Shown: piece after piece, positions 32,601 to 47,500 of the stretch
Numbering within the stretch: position 1 is the first letter of the stretch
Layout of the letters: the number at the start of each line of letters is the position of its first letter
NCBI GenBank assembly: GCA_030141605.1
Contig: JAQGDQ010000210.1
Coordinates: 248,001-312,000 of the forward strand
Direction: 5' to 3'
From: Tubiluchus corallicola
Lineage: Eukaryota; Animalia; Priapulida
DNA: 64,000 bases
Made by a program: the position numbers and the translations under genes
The notes under the pieces: generated by a model
Seen by the model: only the letters and a program-made list of their open reading frames with translations
Databases searched by the model: none
What the model was told of the DNA's origin: nothing

Positions 32601-35600
32601 TTTTTGTTTCTGCGAACTGTTGGGTTATTATATATACATCACTGCAATGTTTTTCAAAAGCGTTATTAATTTTTTATAAAGTATTGTTTTTTAGTCCCAT
32701 TATATCGTAATGATGGTCGCAATGACTTCAGAAAGTCTCAATACAAGTGAAGTATAGTAAAGCTTTTGCCATTAGTGACATTAAAATAAATGAGTTAAGT
32801 TGCGTTTATGTAGCATGCGCATGAATTTTGAGGGGTGCGGAATAGATCAAATTGGTTTATATTGTTTTCAATGCACCGTCTATGCAGCCTGCGTATGCGT
32901 TATTCTTTTTCTGCAGCTATTTCCTAGTGATTTTTTCCGCAGGCTTTCTGCAAGTGGAAAACGCATCCTCATGCTACATAATCGCCACTTTACTGCTTTA
33001 AAGAAGGTATTCGCTTTTGAGAGAGTTAATAACCGTACCTTCCACGAATAGGAATCAGTAGCCTCAGCTCTGGCTTCTGAGGAACGCATTTTGTAGTCAG
33101 CTACCTGTTTCTGCAGTTTCTCTACCTAAAAAAGACGTAGCTTACCATAAAAACAATACCTTTGGCAAATGCTATGAGTTGCTTTTATCAAGGCTGCAAT
33201 AACATGTGTTACACCTGGCCCGTGTAAGTAAGTATTTTTCATATTTAATATCAGGCTAGCTCCTAAACTGTAATCTAATACTAGAAAACCTCAGAAAATT
33301 CAATAAATGATAAGTAATAGTCCCTATTATATTTATCTAATGTTTTGTAAAGCACACACAGCTAAAATTACAACAAATTTGATCAAACTAGATTTACAAA
33401 GCTGATAACTAACTCAACACCTTGCAAGCAAATCTCTATACGTATATCAGGAGTTACTGCAATTAACATAATAATGCACTGGAAAATGCTCAGTGTATCG
33501 TTTAGAGCTATGAATGAAAAACTATCTGGTTCGTACAAAGTCTTAGACTGAGTCAATTTTCACATGAGATTTGAAATTTATTTCGCACGTAATTTTGACA
33601 GCATGACAACAGTGCTGCAAAAAAACCTGAAAATTTTTGCTGAAATAAAGATAACAACTATTTTATTGACTGATTGTTAGCTAGGAAATTAAAGTAAATT
33701 ATACTAACATGTCTACATTTTGCAACATATTTTTACATTTAGCAAAAACCTCATAGTGGAAAAAACGACCTTGGTAAAAATAAAATGGATTTTTTGTTGA
33801 ATAGGCTTAACAATAATAATTGCATTTTTAGCTTCGTACGTGCTAGATTATGAAGCACTGACACCATGGCGGCTTCTTGCCAGTCAACTGTGAGCAAACG
33901 TATTTAAATTACTAAGAATTTTCTTTTCTAACTCTGAACCTTGCAAATAATTAAGAATGATAATAATTTTACTTTAAAAAACCTACTTCATATATTAGTA
34001 GTAGGTTACTTCATATATACTACTAAATCTATCAATCTCCTCTTTATACTGAGAGTCTATATGTCTCTCTATATCTGTAACCAACATAGAACATGCCTGC
34101 TTCTGCAATTTACGATTCTGGGACACAATTTCACCACGTTCGCTTTCTATCCCAACACGACTGGTTGCATTTTCTTCCAGTTTTGCCACCTTTTTGCGAA
34201 TCATATCCAGATGCACGTCTTTATTTGCCAATTGTTCCTTCAGAGCTTTTACCTATAAGCATGTAATATGTATCAGATAGATCAGTCAGACATAACAATT
34301 GTTTCTCATCCACAAAATTACATAATGCAGCTGACAACCCAAGATTTGCTGCAGATCTATGACTGTAGAGCGGTTAACGGTTTAAACTTTATTTTTGCAG
34401 CATGCACTTTCTTATGACTAGGGGTGAGCATTGAATTTGATTCGAACAAGTTTTTTTAGTTAGGATTCAATACGAACCTAATATCATAATTTCAAATAAT
34501 TCACCACTTCAGCCACGTATGTTCTTTATCATTAAAAAGTTTGAAAAAGCATACAATTAGCACAATTTAGCTGCAGTTTCTGTGCAAAATTTTGAACAAA
34601 CTCATGGTGGTTTTACTGCAGAACAAAATCATGCAATATGCGTGATCTCTGTAAGACCACTTTTTACTGGTGGTTCGAAAATCTTTCAAACTCGATTCGA
34701 ATTAGAAATACTGAAATTCAGTTCGATTCAAATTCGAAAGTCACAAATTCGATTAGATTCGAATTCGCTTTCTAGTTGAGAATGCATTGTTGTTTATACA
34801 GGTAATCGTTACTTACGACCAAAATGAGTTCCGGCATTATAAACTTAATACATAAGTCGAAAGCACAAGTCACTTTTTATTGGACCCAAGTCAGGGCCTT
34901 ATGTTCAAGCGAACTGCCCCTACATGTAAAACATTGTGTGTTCACATGATAAATGTGGTGATGAATTTATCAAAGTAAAGTTGAGTAGTCGTATGGGTCA
35001 CAAGTCGACGACTATCTGTATTCCAAAAAGTTTGTGAAGGTAATGTAGGCTACCCGATATCATTTTGCTCTTCTGCATTCTCATCAGGCCCAATTTGATT
35101 GCTCTCTTCAGGTTAAATTTCATTGCACAGGTACTTTGGCATCACTTCTCAACATTCATGCATGCTGAGAAACATTCTTACCTTTCTCTGCAGATTATAC
35201 AGTTGTGTTGATTTGTCAGAAATGACATCCCCTTCTGAACGGACTAACTGTTCTGCACGTGCTATTAACATGTCACCGTCAACTTCTACATCTTGTATAA
35301 AACTGTCCATACGCATTACTTCGGCTAACGTCCTCACAAAACTTCGATACTGCATAAAATAAATAAAAATCAACATGTGCACAAGCCAGTACATAGAAAT
35401 TTTCAAAACTGTTATCAGAACGAGTAGTAAAAACGAACCTTTCCTTTTTCAGAATGAAATCCCTCTCGTAGGACATCGTTTGCCTCGAGCTCACCTTCCG
35501 CACCCCTAAGTCTCATCCTTAGCTCTTCCACATCTAATTCGGCTTTCTTTGCTCGTTGTGCTGCTTGCTGATGAAGTTCACACTGTGTTTCCAACTGTTC

Positions 35601-38600
35601 CTTTAATGTCTTTATTCTTTCTTCAAACATGTGAGTTTTCTAATGAGAATAATGACATACACTAGGCAAGACATATAATTGGTTTTTACAATCTTCACTT
35701 TACCTTTGTTCGAATTTTATCTCTCTTCAACACATTATTGAAAATAAAAAGCAGTATTCAAAAACTGTTTGGAGTAAAAACTAAGGTGATGATATAGAAA
35801 GTCAGAATGTACTACAGTAGGTGCCAGTTAATAGACTCAATCACTTAATTGACTCAAAAACGCCTGGAACGGGCCGCTTTTATTCAAATATACATAAAAA
35901 CTATCGGTAATTGACTCAAATAACTCTGCATAATTGACTCAATATTTTTTCTTCACGTACTTAAAATAAGATATTTGTATGTGCCCAAAGAGCCTTTCCT
36001 ACTTTTATGTCATCTTTACTTCCCCTTTGTGCACTATGTATACAGAAACAATCATGTTAAGTACTGTTTTGTTTGTAAGCAGGTACATTTATCATGCGCT
36101 AATATACTAGCGTGGCGGTTTTGCTTTCAATCTGTTACCCGCTCGCCCACTGTTACCCAAAAAATTTCTGGAAGCTAAACATTTAATCACTTGCCTAGCG
36201 GTTTCCTTTTGATGCTCTAGTTGCAAATGACGCTTTCAGGCTTAATGAGTTAACAGTCAAAAATGCAGGTACAGTAATCAGCTGGTATTCCTTGTGACTT
36301 ACAAGAGTAAACATCGTACAGCAAATAAGAGCAAAGTAAGGGAGCAGAAGATTCAGAACTGTTTTAGTCACGCACAACAGATTTTCAACATGTTTATAAT
36401 TATGAGAACTTTGTGGGCCAACTTCTTTGCAGGAAAGTGAAGCAGCCGACTTTGAAGGAATTTTTGTAAATAAACAGACTTAGAAAAGTCTCTGATTTAG
36501 AAAAGTATACTTTTTAATTTATTGCTAATTCACTTATATTAATTAATATTTTAAAATATATTTTCTAATATTTAACTGCACAAAGGAATTTAGGCACTAC
36601 TACATTTCTAAAATTCATTAAAAACCTTTGCAGTGCATAGTAAGCTGATGACTCATACTTCTATTCCTGTAGTACTACACCCATCGGTTAATCGGTTCAG
36701 TCGGTTAATTGGGTCAAAACACGTCGGTTCCAAAGTGAGTCTATTAAGCGGTGCCAACTGCACGTAAAATGTAAAATGGTGAAAATGACAAGTGCCTTAA
36801 ATGGTGACAGCTCTTTCTGTTATTACCAGCTTATTATAGTAAATATGTTAGCTCGTTACAGGAAAGCTGTTGTTCCAAGATACAGAGAAGTAAAATGAGT
36901 ACAGTGTTCCCTCACTTATCGCTGGTGTTTCGTTCCAGGCCCACCAGCGATAAGTGAATTTCCTCAAAGTAGGAACGCTATACTTATTTTCCTATTCAAC
37001 AGCCGAATAAATACACTATTTACTGTAAATGATAATTTTTGATGATTTATAATATTCTTTTAATGTTAGAATTAATATTTTAATATATTTTTATACATTT
37101 TGTTTTTTTTATGCAAAATTCATCAAATCTATACATTAATGTACAATACGTACTACGCATGTGCAAAAGTACTTTAAACGGAGTACCGCAAAAACCCGCA
37201 AAACAGCGAAAATCGCGCAATAAATATTTTACATTAATATTTTTGAAAATCCATGAAACAGCGAGTCCGCGATAAACAAACCGCAAAGTAGCGAGGGAAC
37301 ACTGCATTTGTAAAACAGGAAGCCATCACGAGATAAAACCTACAATCTACGACACAAAACTTTCAAAACCTAGAAGTTACGAAGGCTTTACGCTGCTTTA
37401 ATATGCGACTGTAGCATTTCAGAAACGACTGCTGTAGAAGTACCAAAGCACCAAGTTTACCGTGTGACTACACAATAAACAACATCTCAGAATTTTATAT
37501 ATGTTCCAGTTAAGAAAAACTGTGAAAAATGAAAAATCAGGCAGATTAATTTACCACCTAATTGTCCAACTTACTGAACCAGCATCTCGAGATGCAGATG
37601 CCAAACTTTTGACCCGTTCTTTGATATAATGTTCCTCGGGTGTAATATCACTCATGCCATCATAGCTCAATATGGCAGCAAGTTGCTCCTTAAAAGTTCG
37701 CAGTTCGATCTGAGCACTGTGCGCAGTAGTCTCCAAAATTTTCATATCAGACTAAAATAACAATCATGTATCAGAATTAGCAACTAAAATGTCCTAAATT
37801 AAGTAACTGTAGTTTTGTTTATATATTTTTTCTTTGCAGTTGAAGATATGTTATATTGCAATTAAAAATAATCCTTTTTACTTTCTCGATTTTCAAGTAT
37901 TTTCCAAAACAGTTACATTTTATTGTTTTTCGCTTTTTTATTGTGTTGGAAATGTCTAAAACGATATAATCCATTATCCTACATGTCTCATACAAACATG
38001 AGTTTATAAGAGATCTGCAAAATGATTATAATGCAGTATAAATGTCACGGAAGTTGACATTAACTCTGCATAAATAAAGCTTTCATTATATGCTTACAGT
38101 AGGGGTGAGCTCTACGAGAAAGCGAACTCGAATCGAATAGAATTTGTGACTTCCGAATTCGAATCGAACCGAATTTCGATATTTAGAATCCAGAGCGAAT
38201 TCGAATTAAGTTTGAAAGATTTTCGAACAAGTTTTCGAACCAGTGGCAAAAAGTGGTCTTACAAAGATAATGCATAGTACTTGATTTTGTTCTGCAGTAA
38301 AACCACTGTTGCACAGAAACTGCAGCTAAATTATGCTAATTGCATGATGTTTCAAACATTTTAATGATAAAGAACATGTGTGGCTGAAGTGCTGAATCAC
38401 TCAAATCTATAATATTTAGTTCGAATCGAATTCAAACTAAAAAACTCTTTCGAATCAGATTTGAACGTTCGAATTCGAACGTTAGATGCTCACCCCTACC
38501 TTGCAGTACTTGCAACACTAAAATCAATAAAAGCACAATACGTAGTCAGTACAATCACCTTGATCAATAACCATTTGTGCTTACCTGATATCCAGAAAGC

Positions 38601-41600
38601 ATGCCATCTCTACTAGATAAATCTCCTCTAGCATCCGCTAGTGCCTTTTGACTAGAATTTAAACGTGTTTTGAGGTATTCAAGGTCTTTTTCAGATTGTT
38701 CCTTGGCTCTTATTGCATCATCTCGTTCCTAAGATTTAAAAAACATAAAACATGAATACTTTCACAATAACACATTAAAAAGGTCACAAAATATAACACA
38801 GTGAAAATACTTATACAACCTATCCAAGGAGAAAGAACAGTGCTCAAAAAAACAGAAACAGAAAAACAGAAAAACAGAAAAATAGAAAAATAGATAACCA
38901 GAACAAAAAATAGATGCTAACGCGTTATAAATTTACCATAACAGTTTTTTCCATTCTCCATAAATATACATGTTCATGTTAGGAATTACACGTGCTGTAT
39001 CAAGCCAAATTTTGATTATACATATTTTTGATAATGAATAAACTATATATTTATGTATATTGATGTAGTTACTGATGTACTTTACTGACCTGTATATATG
39101 GTTATATAGGGTTTGTTGGCAGCAAAGTACATCAGTAACTCCATCATGGCATCGTTACATACAATAAGTGTGCATAATTAAACACAATATGGAAGGAGAA
39201 AATGTGTCGACTGTTCATCTAGAACAGCGGTTCCCAAACTTTTCCAGGATTGCGCCTCCTAGCACCCACTCCTCCATCCTCATACACACAGCAAACACAC
39301 ACTTTTTTTATTTTGCTATGCTTCAAATTGAAAACAACAAGATTAAACAAAAGCTGTATTTCACAAATAAAACCTAATTTAGTATACAAATTTATTTAGC
39401 AGTTTTAGCTGTGTCAGCAATATGGAAGGGCATATCAACACCTCATCAGTAACCATAGTAACAACTTGACCTTGTTCCACAGTACTGGATAGCAGTCAGA
39501 AATTTTCTTTTGTAACCAAAAATCTTGATATGATTTTTTGAACTTTGATCTCAGTTCAATGACATCTTGAATTGAAACCAGTTTTTCCTTTGCCACCCCT
39601 GTTTCCTCACTGTTGACTTCTAAGAATGGACCGATCACAACGTGCTTACAGGCTTGAGCATGTAGCGGTGTGAGGCAACTGGTGCTTCAATGTACGTGTT
39701 GTGTACAGGCGTCAAGCAAACGTTCTGATTTTTGTCTCCGACTTTTGACTATGTAACAAAGCTATGCATCGTTTATAACTCTTATGTCGGTTTTATTCTC
39801 TATAAACTGCATACATGTTCCTTCACCTTAGCATTTATGACACATACTTTGTCGTTTGGATTTTGTAGAAAACAAAAAGTTGTTTATTAAATGCTCCTAA
39901 TGCTACCCTACCGTCCCCCTTTCATCTCACCACCTCTCCAGATTTTTCTGATGACCCCAGGGGGTGGTACAGCTGACTTTGAGAACCATTGATCTAGAAT
40001 TATTAGTTTGAGCATTGAGTAAATTGTCAAGTAAATATTTAGCTAAAAGTATTTATTTTTCAGGATAATTGCCTTACCATACTGAAAGTTCAACATTAAA
40101 TTCATTCATCTGCAATGCCCTACTGCATTAATGTATTTCAAAACCAAAGTTCTTACATTAGCTAATATTTCCTTGATCAGTTATCAGCACTTCTTTACAT
40201 AGTTTAACACTCTGCAAGCCAGTACCCAGTACTCAATGCAAGATCTACACAATGCAAATGATTGTAGTAGAACTTTAATCAATCTTATTTGCAAGGACAA
40301 TCCTCTAAGATTACACACTGGACCAGAAAGAGGGAAATTATAATGGTAGCCAGAACTGAGGAGAACTTGTGCAACAAGAATGAAAACATAAAAATACAAA
40401 AAATACATAAATGATGAGATCATTAAAAATGTAGTGGCTTAAATACCTGCAAGTCAGACCTACTGTGTAATTAGCTTACTTCCTTTCAGATCAATTTACA
40501 TGCCCAGAATAACTACAGAATACTTTCACATGATCACAAATCTCGTTAAAACTTCTACTTAAATTAATTTTGTGCCTTAACACATAATCAGTAATAACCA
40601 TGCCACATATTCATAGGTTTCCATGACATTTGCGAGTTACCCATTTAAATATTTGCATAAATATTGTCTACTGTGTCTCTATATATATCATATACAGATA
40701 TTAATTAAAACAATACAACTTTCATTAAAAAAACTTTAATTTAAAAGTGTGTAAAAATAGTTTAATAACTACTGCAAAATTTCTTTTTTGGTCTGCTTAT
40801 TTATTACCTATTTGGTTTCTGTTAAATACTTAATTAGTGCATAATGTTCTATACTGTAGATTCTGCATATATAAACAGGTTGTGTGTTTGTAAAAATTTA
40901 CCACTAATGGTGGCAGCACCAGTCTGTCGAAACATTTGGCATGATAATAAACTATGTAACTAAAAAACTATGTAAATTAAGTTTTAATAAAGTTGCGTTG
41001 TTTTAACTATAAATGTTGAAAAACATTTTCCAGACATTTTGACAGCACTCTGCTGTCATCGTCAGTGGTATACCATACAAACAAACAACCTGTCAGTTTA
41101 TATATAGGAAGAGCCTACAGTAGAGGAAATTATGCACTAATTATGTATAACATTTCTCTACTATAATTTTCTCTACTGTAGGTTCTGCCTAAATATAAAC
41201 TGGTTGTTTGTTTGTAAATTGTACCACTGATGATGACAGCAGACAGCTGTCGAAACATCTGGACGTATTTTTAAATAGTTTAAATTAAAGTTTTTTAATA
41301 AGAGTTGTGTTATTTTTATATAATGCTTTAAAGTGCCTGTATAAATTGACTACATACAGATAGTCGTTGATTCACGACATATGCTACTTACGTACGACAT
41401 TTACAACCTGAAGACAACTTAATTAACTAATTACATAAAATAAACTGTAACTCGTATTTCTCTCTAATTTTTTAAAATGAATTAACTATAAATTGCTGTC
41501 AATTTGGATAAATTCACCTGTAGGCAGCACCATACTTAGCACACACAACATCTTACATGTAGGAGCTTATGTAATATGCAGGTCTAATATACAGCTTTAA

Positions 41601-44561
41601 TATACAGGTCTGACATCGTCTTCGAATTCGTCTTATGATCAATCGCCAGAACCAATTGAAGGAGTAAGTCAAGGACTAGCTGTATTTTCCTGGGCATGGT
41701 CTGTTACCTGTTTATACGTTTCCATGAGCATAGCCCGATCATTCTCCTGTCGCTGTTCCAGGGAAATTGAAGATGACAGTCTCATTATCGTATCTCGAGT
41801 AGACTTGTTTTCTCTTTCTGTAGATTCAAGAGCCTCACTGAGCATTACTATTCTACCATGCATGGCTGCATTTTCTTTAACAACATCTCCTAGCTGTTCA
41901 AAGCAAACATTTATGAGGTTATTGTGCAATGGTTCATAACAGAGTCTATACATATTTCTGAGAAAGTGTACGAGATTAATAAACTAATCAAACAACTAAC
42001 TGCATGTCATTATAAAGTAATACACATGCATTATTAAATGGTATTTAAAATACATAAAACAACACAACTTTACTAAAACTTTTACTTTGCATAGTTTAAA
42101 TCATTTTGACATTTTAAATCCACCAAACATTTCGACAGACTGCTGCTGTTATCTGATGATAATGAGTACTGATGACAGCAGTAGTTTGTTCAAATGTTTG
42201 GCATGGTTTTAACAATGTAAAGTAAACGTTTTAATAAAGTTGTGTTGTTTTAACTATAAATGTTTTTAAGTCCCTGTACTAAAAAATTGACTTAAAATAA
42301 TTAAATTAAAATAAAATCTATAATCAAATAGTGTGGCTACTGATGGTGATGATAAGGGCAATGCTGACAATGATGATGACGATGATACTGAAGATGATAA
42401 TGACTATAACGGTGATGACAATAATGATGATGCAATAATGAAGTTGAAAAACAGGCTGAGAATAATGAATACGATGAATTTCTAAAGAATATCATTAGCA
42501 AAATGTACCTTGTTTATAATTTCATCATGCGATCCTAAGAGAAAACCATCTGCAGCATCGGCATTTAAAATACTGCTCACCCGGCTCAGCAAATCCTGAT
42601 ACTTATGCCCAGTTTCGGAGTATTTTTGCTCCAGCTCATCGCGTTCCTCAAAATGAGTCCTGTTATATACATCAGCTCTCATCATACAAAACTGAACACT
42701 TTTAAGGATACAGAAAAATAATTTTCAAACGTTTGCTACATAACATCAGTTTACATGTAATACAAAGCAATCACTCGACAGTGTGGCATTAGATCAGTGG
42801 TTCCTAACCTTTTTACAAGGAAAGTACCATTTTGAAATTCAGTGATCTGCTGCATACCTTTAACGTCTTACAGCAACGTGAGTTTGATATTAGCAACTTG
42901 AAGCAGAACTGTGAAGAAATGTGATTTAATTATACAAGCAAAACTGATAAACAAAACACCAAATTCAAGAACAAAATGCAAGAAAAAAGACGATCGGATG
43001 TCAAATCAGAAGATTAACTGGCAGTCGAACTTTGAAGTAGCCTCAATGGCCACCTCGTTGGCGCGGCTTTTCCGAAAACTGTCACCCTCATCTACCACCA
43101 TCCACCAATGCATTTGCTGTGCTAATAGTCAATTTTACGTAATAAATTAACCCCGTTATAACCCCGTTTAAGCTAATAAAGACTTTTGGCATACTTCTGT
43201 AACCACAATAAGCCCTTCTTTGAAAGTTTGCATCTCACACACAAATATGTTACCTTAGTCTAGATTCTAGTTTCATAATATTTTCCTGATGAGCCTTGTT
43301 TTCCTGCTGCAGTGTTGCCATGGCGATACCTTCCCTACTGTGCATCTCTTGCAGATTTCTTGACTGCTCTTCTGCCTCGGACAACTTCTGCTGTAGGGCT
43401 TGTATGATGGAATGTTGATGGGATTGAGCATCTCGGAGTGATTCCAGCTCCACCTGTTGTCGAGTTAACTGAGATGCGCGCTCGTGCAGTTTTATTTCGC
43501 TGTCCGTGAGCTACGCAATGAAAATCATAAAGAAATGAATGACTACATAATGCGAGATTGCAGAAGCATTTAATCGTGAATTAGAATAAAGATGGGTGCA
43601 ACTCTGTAAAATAAAAACCTGAGTAATAATTAAAACACATGTTTTTTTCAGAAATTCACACATAGATTTGAAAACAAATAGGCCAAGGAAATAGCTGTAA
43701 CACATTTGATCAGTGTTGTGCTAACAGGAGTTAAAGATCAGACGTCCAGTTTTGTTTACACACGGTCCAGTTCATTTTATAGATAATAACATTATTTAAG
43801 CTATTAACTGTAGATTGACAAAATTAAAAGACGTTTTTTAGCAAACACGAATACTTGCGCGTTCGTACTCGGAAGTAGTTAATAAACCAGAGACTACTAA
43901 AATACTACATACTAGCTTGAAGACTTTTTAAATTGAGCAGCATCAGTTTGATATACTAACTAGTTTAGGCCAAATGTGAGTGCCCACATAGTGAGGTTTC
44001 CTTTCTCTAGTAAGGAAGAATTATGTACTAAAACATGAACTAATTTTGAGATAATTTCCATACAACCAGACCAAAAAATATTCCTTAATCTAAGTAACTT
44101 GTGAAACGACATTTTTCCCTTACATACATCTCATTCCACTGGAAGATGTCATCTTCCCAGTTTATTCCCACCATATGGACCATAAGATGTGTATTTTACT
44201 CATGCACCTCAAGCATAAATGCATAAAGTGTTGCTAAACTTCCGTAAGAATATTATCTCACAAAACTCTACTATCAAAGTGCAAATAATTTTACCTCTGA
44301 CTGAAGCTTGTCAAATTTAGTTCGCAAAGAAGTGTCTTGGTGTTGAACAGTTTCGTATGAAGGTACAGGATACACTGTCACTGGATCCTGGGAAGATAAA
44401 TGATTATTATTATTATTATTATTATTGCTATTATTATTACTATTGTCATTGTCATTGTCATTGTCATTGTCATTGTCATTGTCATTGTCATTGTCATTAT
44501 CATTATCATTATCATTATCATTATCATTATCATTATCATTATCATTATCATTATCATTATC

Positions 44562-44593
<32 letters not shown>

Positions 44594-47500
44594 AACAAAA
44601 ATCTAGAACATAATGCATAGGATATATAGTAATAATTAATAATAATTTATTAGCCTCAAATCCTAAAAATGTTTTCTATGGCTTTACAATGATATCAATA
44701 ATAGACAGAAAGCATGAATTAAAATATACCTTGAATGCGTTAAAAATTATACACTACATTAAAACTCGAAGCACAGATAACTAATACATACAATACATTC
44801 TACATATAAAATTTAAGGCACAATCACAATCTAAATCGAATTTTAATTAATTTGATTAAGTAATTCTAAAAGCTAAATGCTTTTTGGAATAAAAAGGTTT
44901 TGCGCCATTTTAAAAATTGACAATGACTCTGACTGCTGTAGGTGAATAGATGTTGGAGTTCCTAATAGAGGAGCAGCAGATGAGAAGGACTGTTATCCAC
45001 AAGTGACTAGTTTTGTTCTAGGTTGGGTCAAGTTCATTGAATTCGCAGAGCGGAAAATGTGTTGTGAAATATACCATGAAATTAACTCCTGAAGATAGTG
45101 GGAACCCAGCTGATTCACACATTTATAAGCAAGAAATAAAATTTTAAAATCTATCTTGTACTTAATCGGAATCCAGTAAAGATCAATCAGAAGTAACGTT
45201 ATATGATCGAATTTCTGTCTTCATATCTCACAAATGAAGCTGTATTGTGGTTCAAATAAATCATGCTGCAAAAAGAAGTTCAAAAATAAACAAACAAAAC
45301 TCTAAAATGCTTGAAAAATATGAGCCAAGTGTTACTGATTTTTCAGTAGGTGTGGTTACTGGTTAGAGCACATTCCTGTTCTCACTTATGTGGTATTTTT
45401 GCAAAGGGCAATAATGTTTCCTCAGAAGCAGATCATTAATTTAACACTGTACTTACTGCTCATGGTTCATTTGTTAAAGGACTTACTGTGCTTAAAATGT
45501 CAATTAAAAATATAAATAACATACTCTCACAAATGATGTGGCAGGTGACATGCTTGAAAATAAACAAACAAATTAACAATTAACAAAATGTATACAAGTA
45601 GATAATATGCTGACTATCACTATGAGTTGGCTTTCAGACGACTATGTCCATTTACTTTCAAATCATCCACTATGAACAGCTTTACATTTTCCACTTCTTA
45701 CAATGAACTGACAGTGTATCAGTACGTGTTAGAGTGACAAGACATGATAAGTTCCTTATCACACGACAATCAAACCCTAATCTAGTGTTTGGCACACTAA
45801 ACAAACAGCTCAGCAGTTTAACAACTTATTATGAGTACAAGGCAAATACTGCAAAAATTAAAAATTTTAGAAAAAAATTCCTACATCTTAAATAAAAAAC
45901 TGACAAGAGAATTCCATTATACAATTGTAGGATCCTATTTAAATATAATATTATTTATAATAAAAACAGCAAGCAACTCGATATAAGCAAGCACTCGTTT
46001 GCTGGAAACGAAAAACAATAGCACAATTATTACTTCATTTTTCTTAACAATAACATTAATAATAATCATTTATATTTTATTGAAGCATGAGTCTTTTTAC
46101 AGCTGCTACTTACCTTGTAAGTTGAGAAATCAAGGAATCACGTTTGTCAATTTCTTTTTTGTACATTTTCAATTGATCTTGCAGCTGTAACAGAAAGATG
46201 TGAAACAACATTATCTTTGTGTCTGAACTTGCACAGAATTTCTGTACGTCTATATTTATGCCTAAATGCCCCCACAGCTTCAGCATGAAGGCATGTCACT
46301 ATAATAACCAACATGTGTGCATAATTTATATATTCAAAACACTATAAGTCACAGAAAACTGTATTATACGCCTATTATGTTTAGGCACTTCAAAAAGCTC
46401 CTGTTCATATGATAACTCTGCACTGCATGCGAAATATGTATAACAGAACTGAGTTGGGGTGGCTGATACGATAACGCATGTTCTTCGCCACCCCTTCCCA
46501 TTTGATTGGCTATTATAACTATGCTACTAAGCTTTAATCGATGTTGTATGTGGGAAAAACAATAAATATTTTGATTTGATAATTTATCTACTACCCAGCC
46601 AACAATGTGACATCATGCTGACTGATGTCATGATGCATTCATAACATGACAAACTAAAATCATACTAAAAATTCATATAAAATCTTAAATCACACTATTA
46701 GTTCATTCTGACATCATAGCGATATCATACCATATCTCACTCAGTGATTTCATCTACTAAAGTACACTTATATGTCGGTTCGTCGGACCTCGCTTTTACA
46801 GATATCGGAAGAATCGGACAAAATCTAGACCGTTAAAAGTCCTGCATACCATTGGCACAGTCCGATGTTTTGTGAGCTGAGCACTAGTTCGCGGGCCAAC
46901 ACTTTGTTTACATCATTACATCAGTGTAACCACGTGTATATCTCTATGTATAAAAATATAGAATCAATTATGCTGAGTTATTTGAGTCAAATCCCAACAG
47001 TTTTACATAATTTTGCATAGGAGCGGCCTGTGCTAGACATTTTTAAAACAATTAGGCAATTGATTCTACATTGAGTCTAATACACGGCGCTTACTGTATT
47101 AGCTTAGTATCGGTAAATACGGACAATCGGCAAATTCGGACCGACATCTCCCTGCCTTTGTCTAGCAAACTGACATATGAGTGTACACATTGATATCATA
47201 CATTTACATCTCAGTGAATTCGTGTATGTGACTTATTATACTAACATCATATCGCGACATCTCAGCTAATTTATGTGATCACCCAGCGAGCACCGTTGGT
47301 TGTGTATTGGTTGCGATATGGTTGCGTTTTGATCAATTCGTTGTAGCTTGGTCAGCAATTAAAATCCAATGTGTTAAAGACTTTTGAGTAATAAGTAAGT
47401 CTTAAGGACATTGGATTTTGGTCAGGCTTTGACAGTTGTACAATGGTCAGATTGTGATGTCCTAAAGAAGTTGGATTTTGGTCGCTTTTCAGTACAAAAC

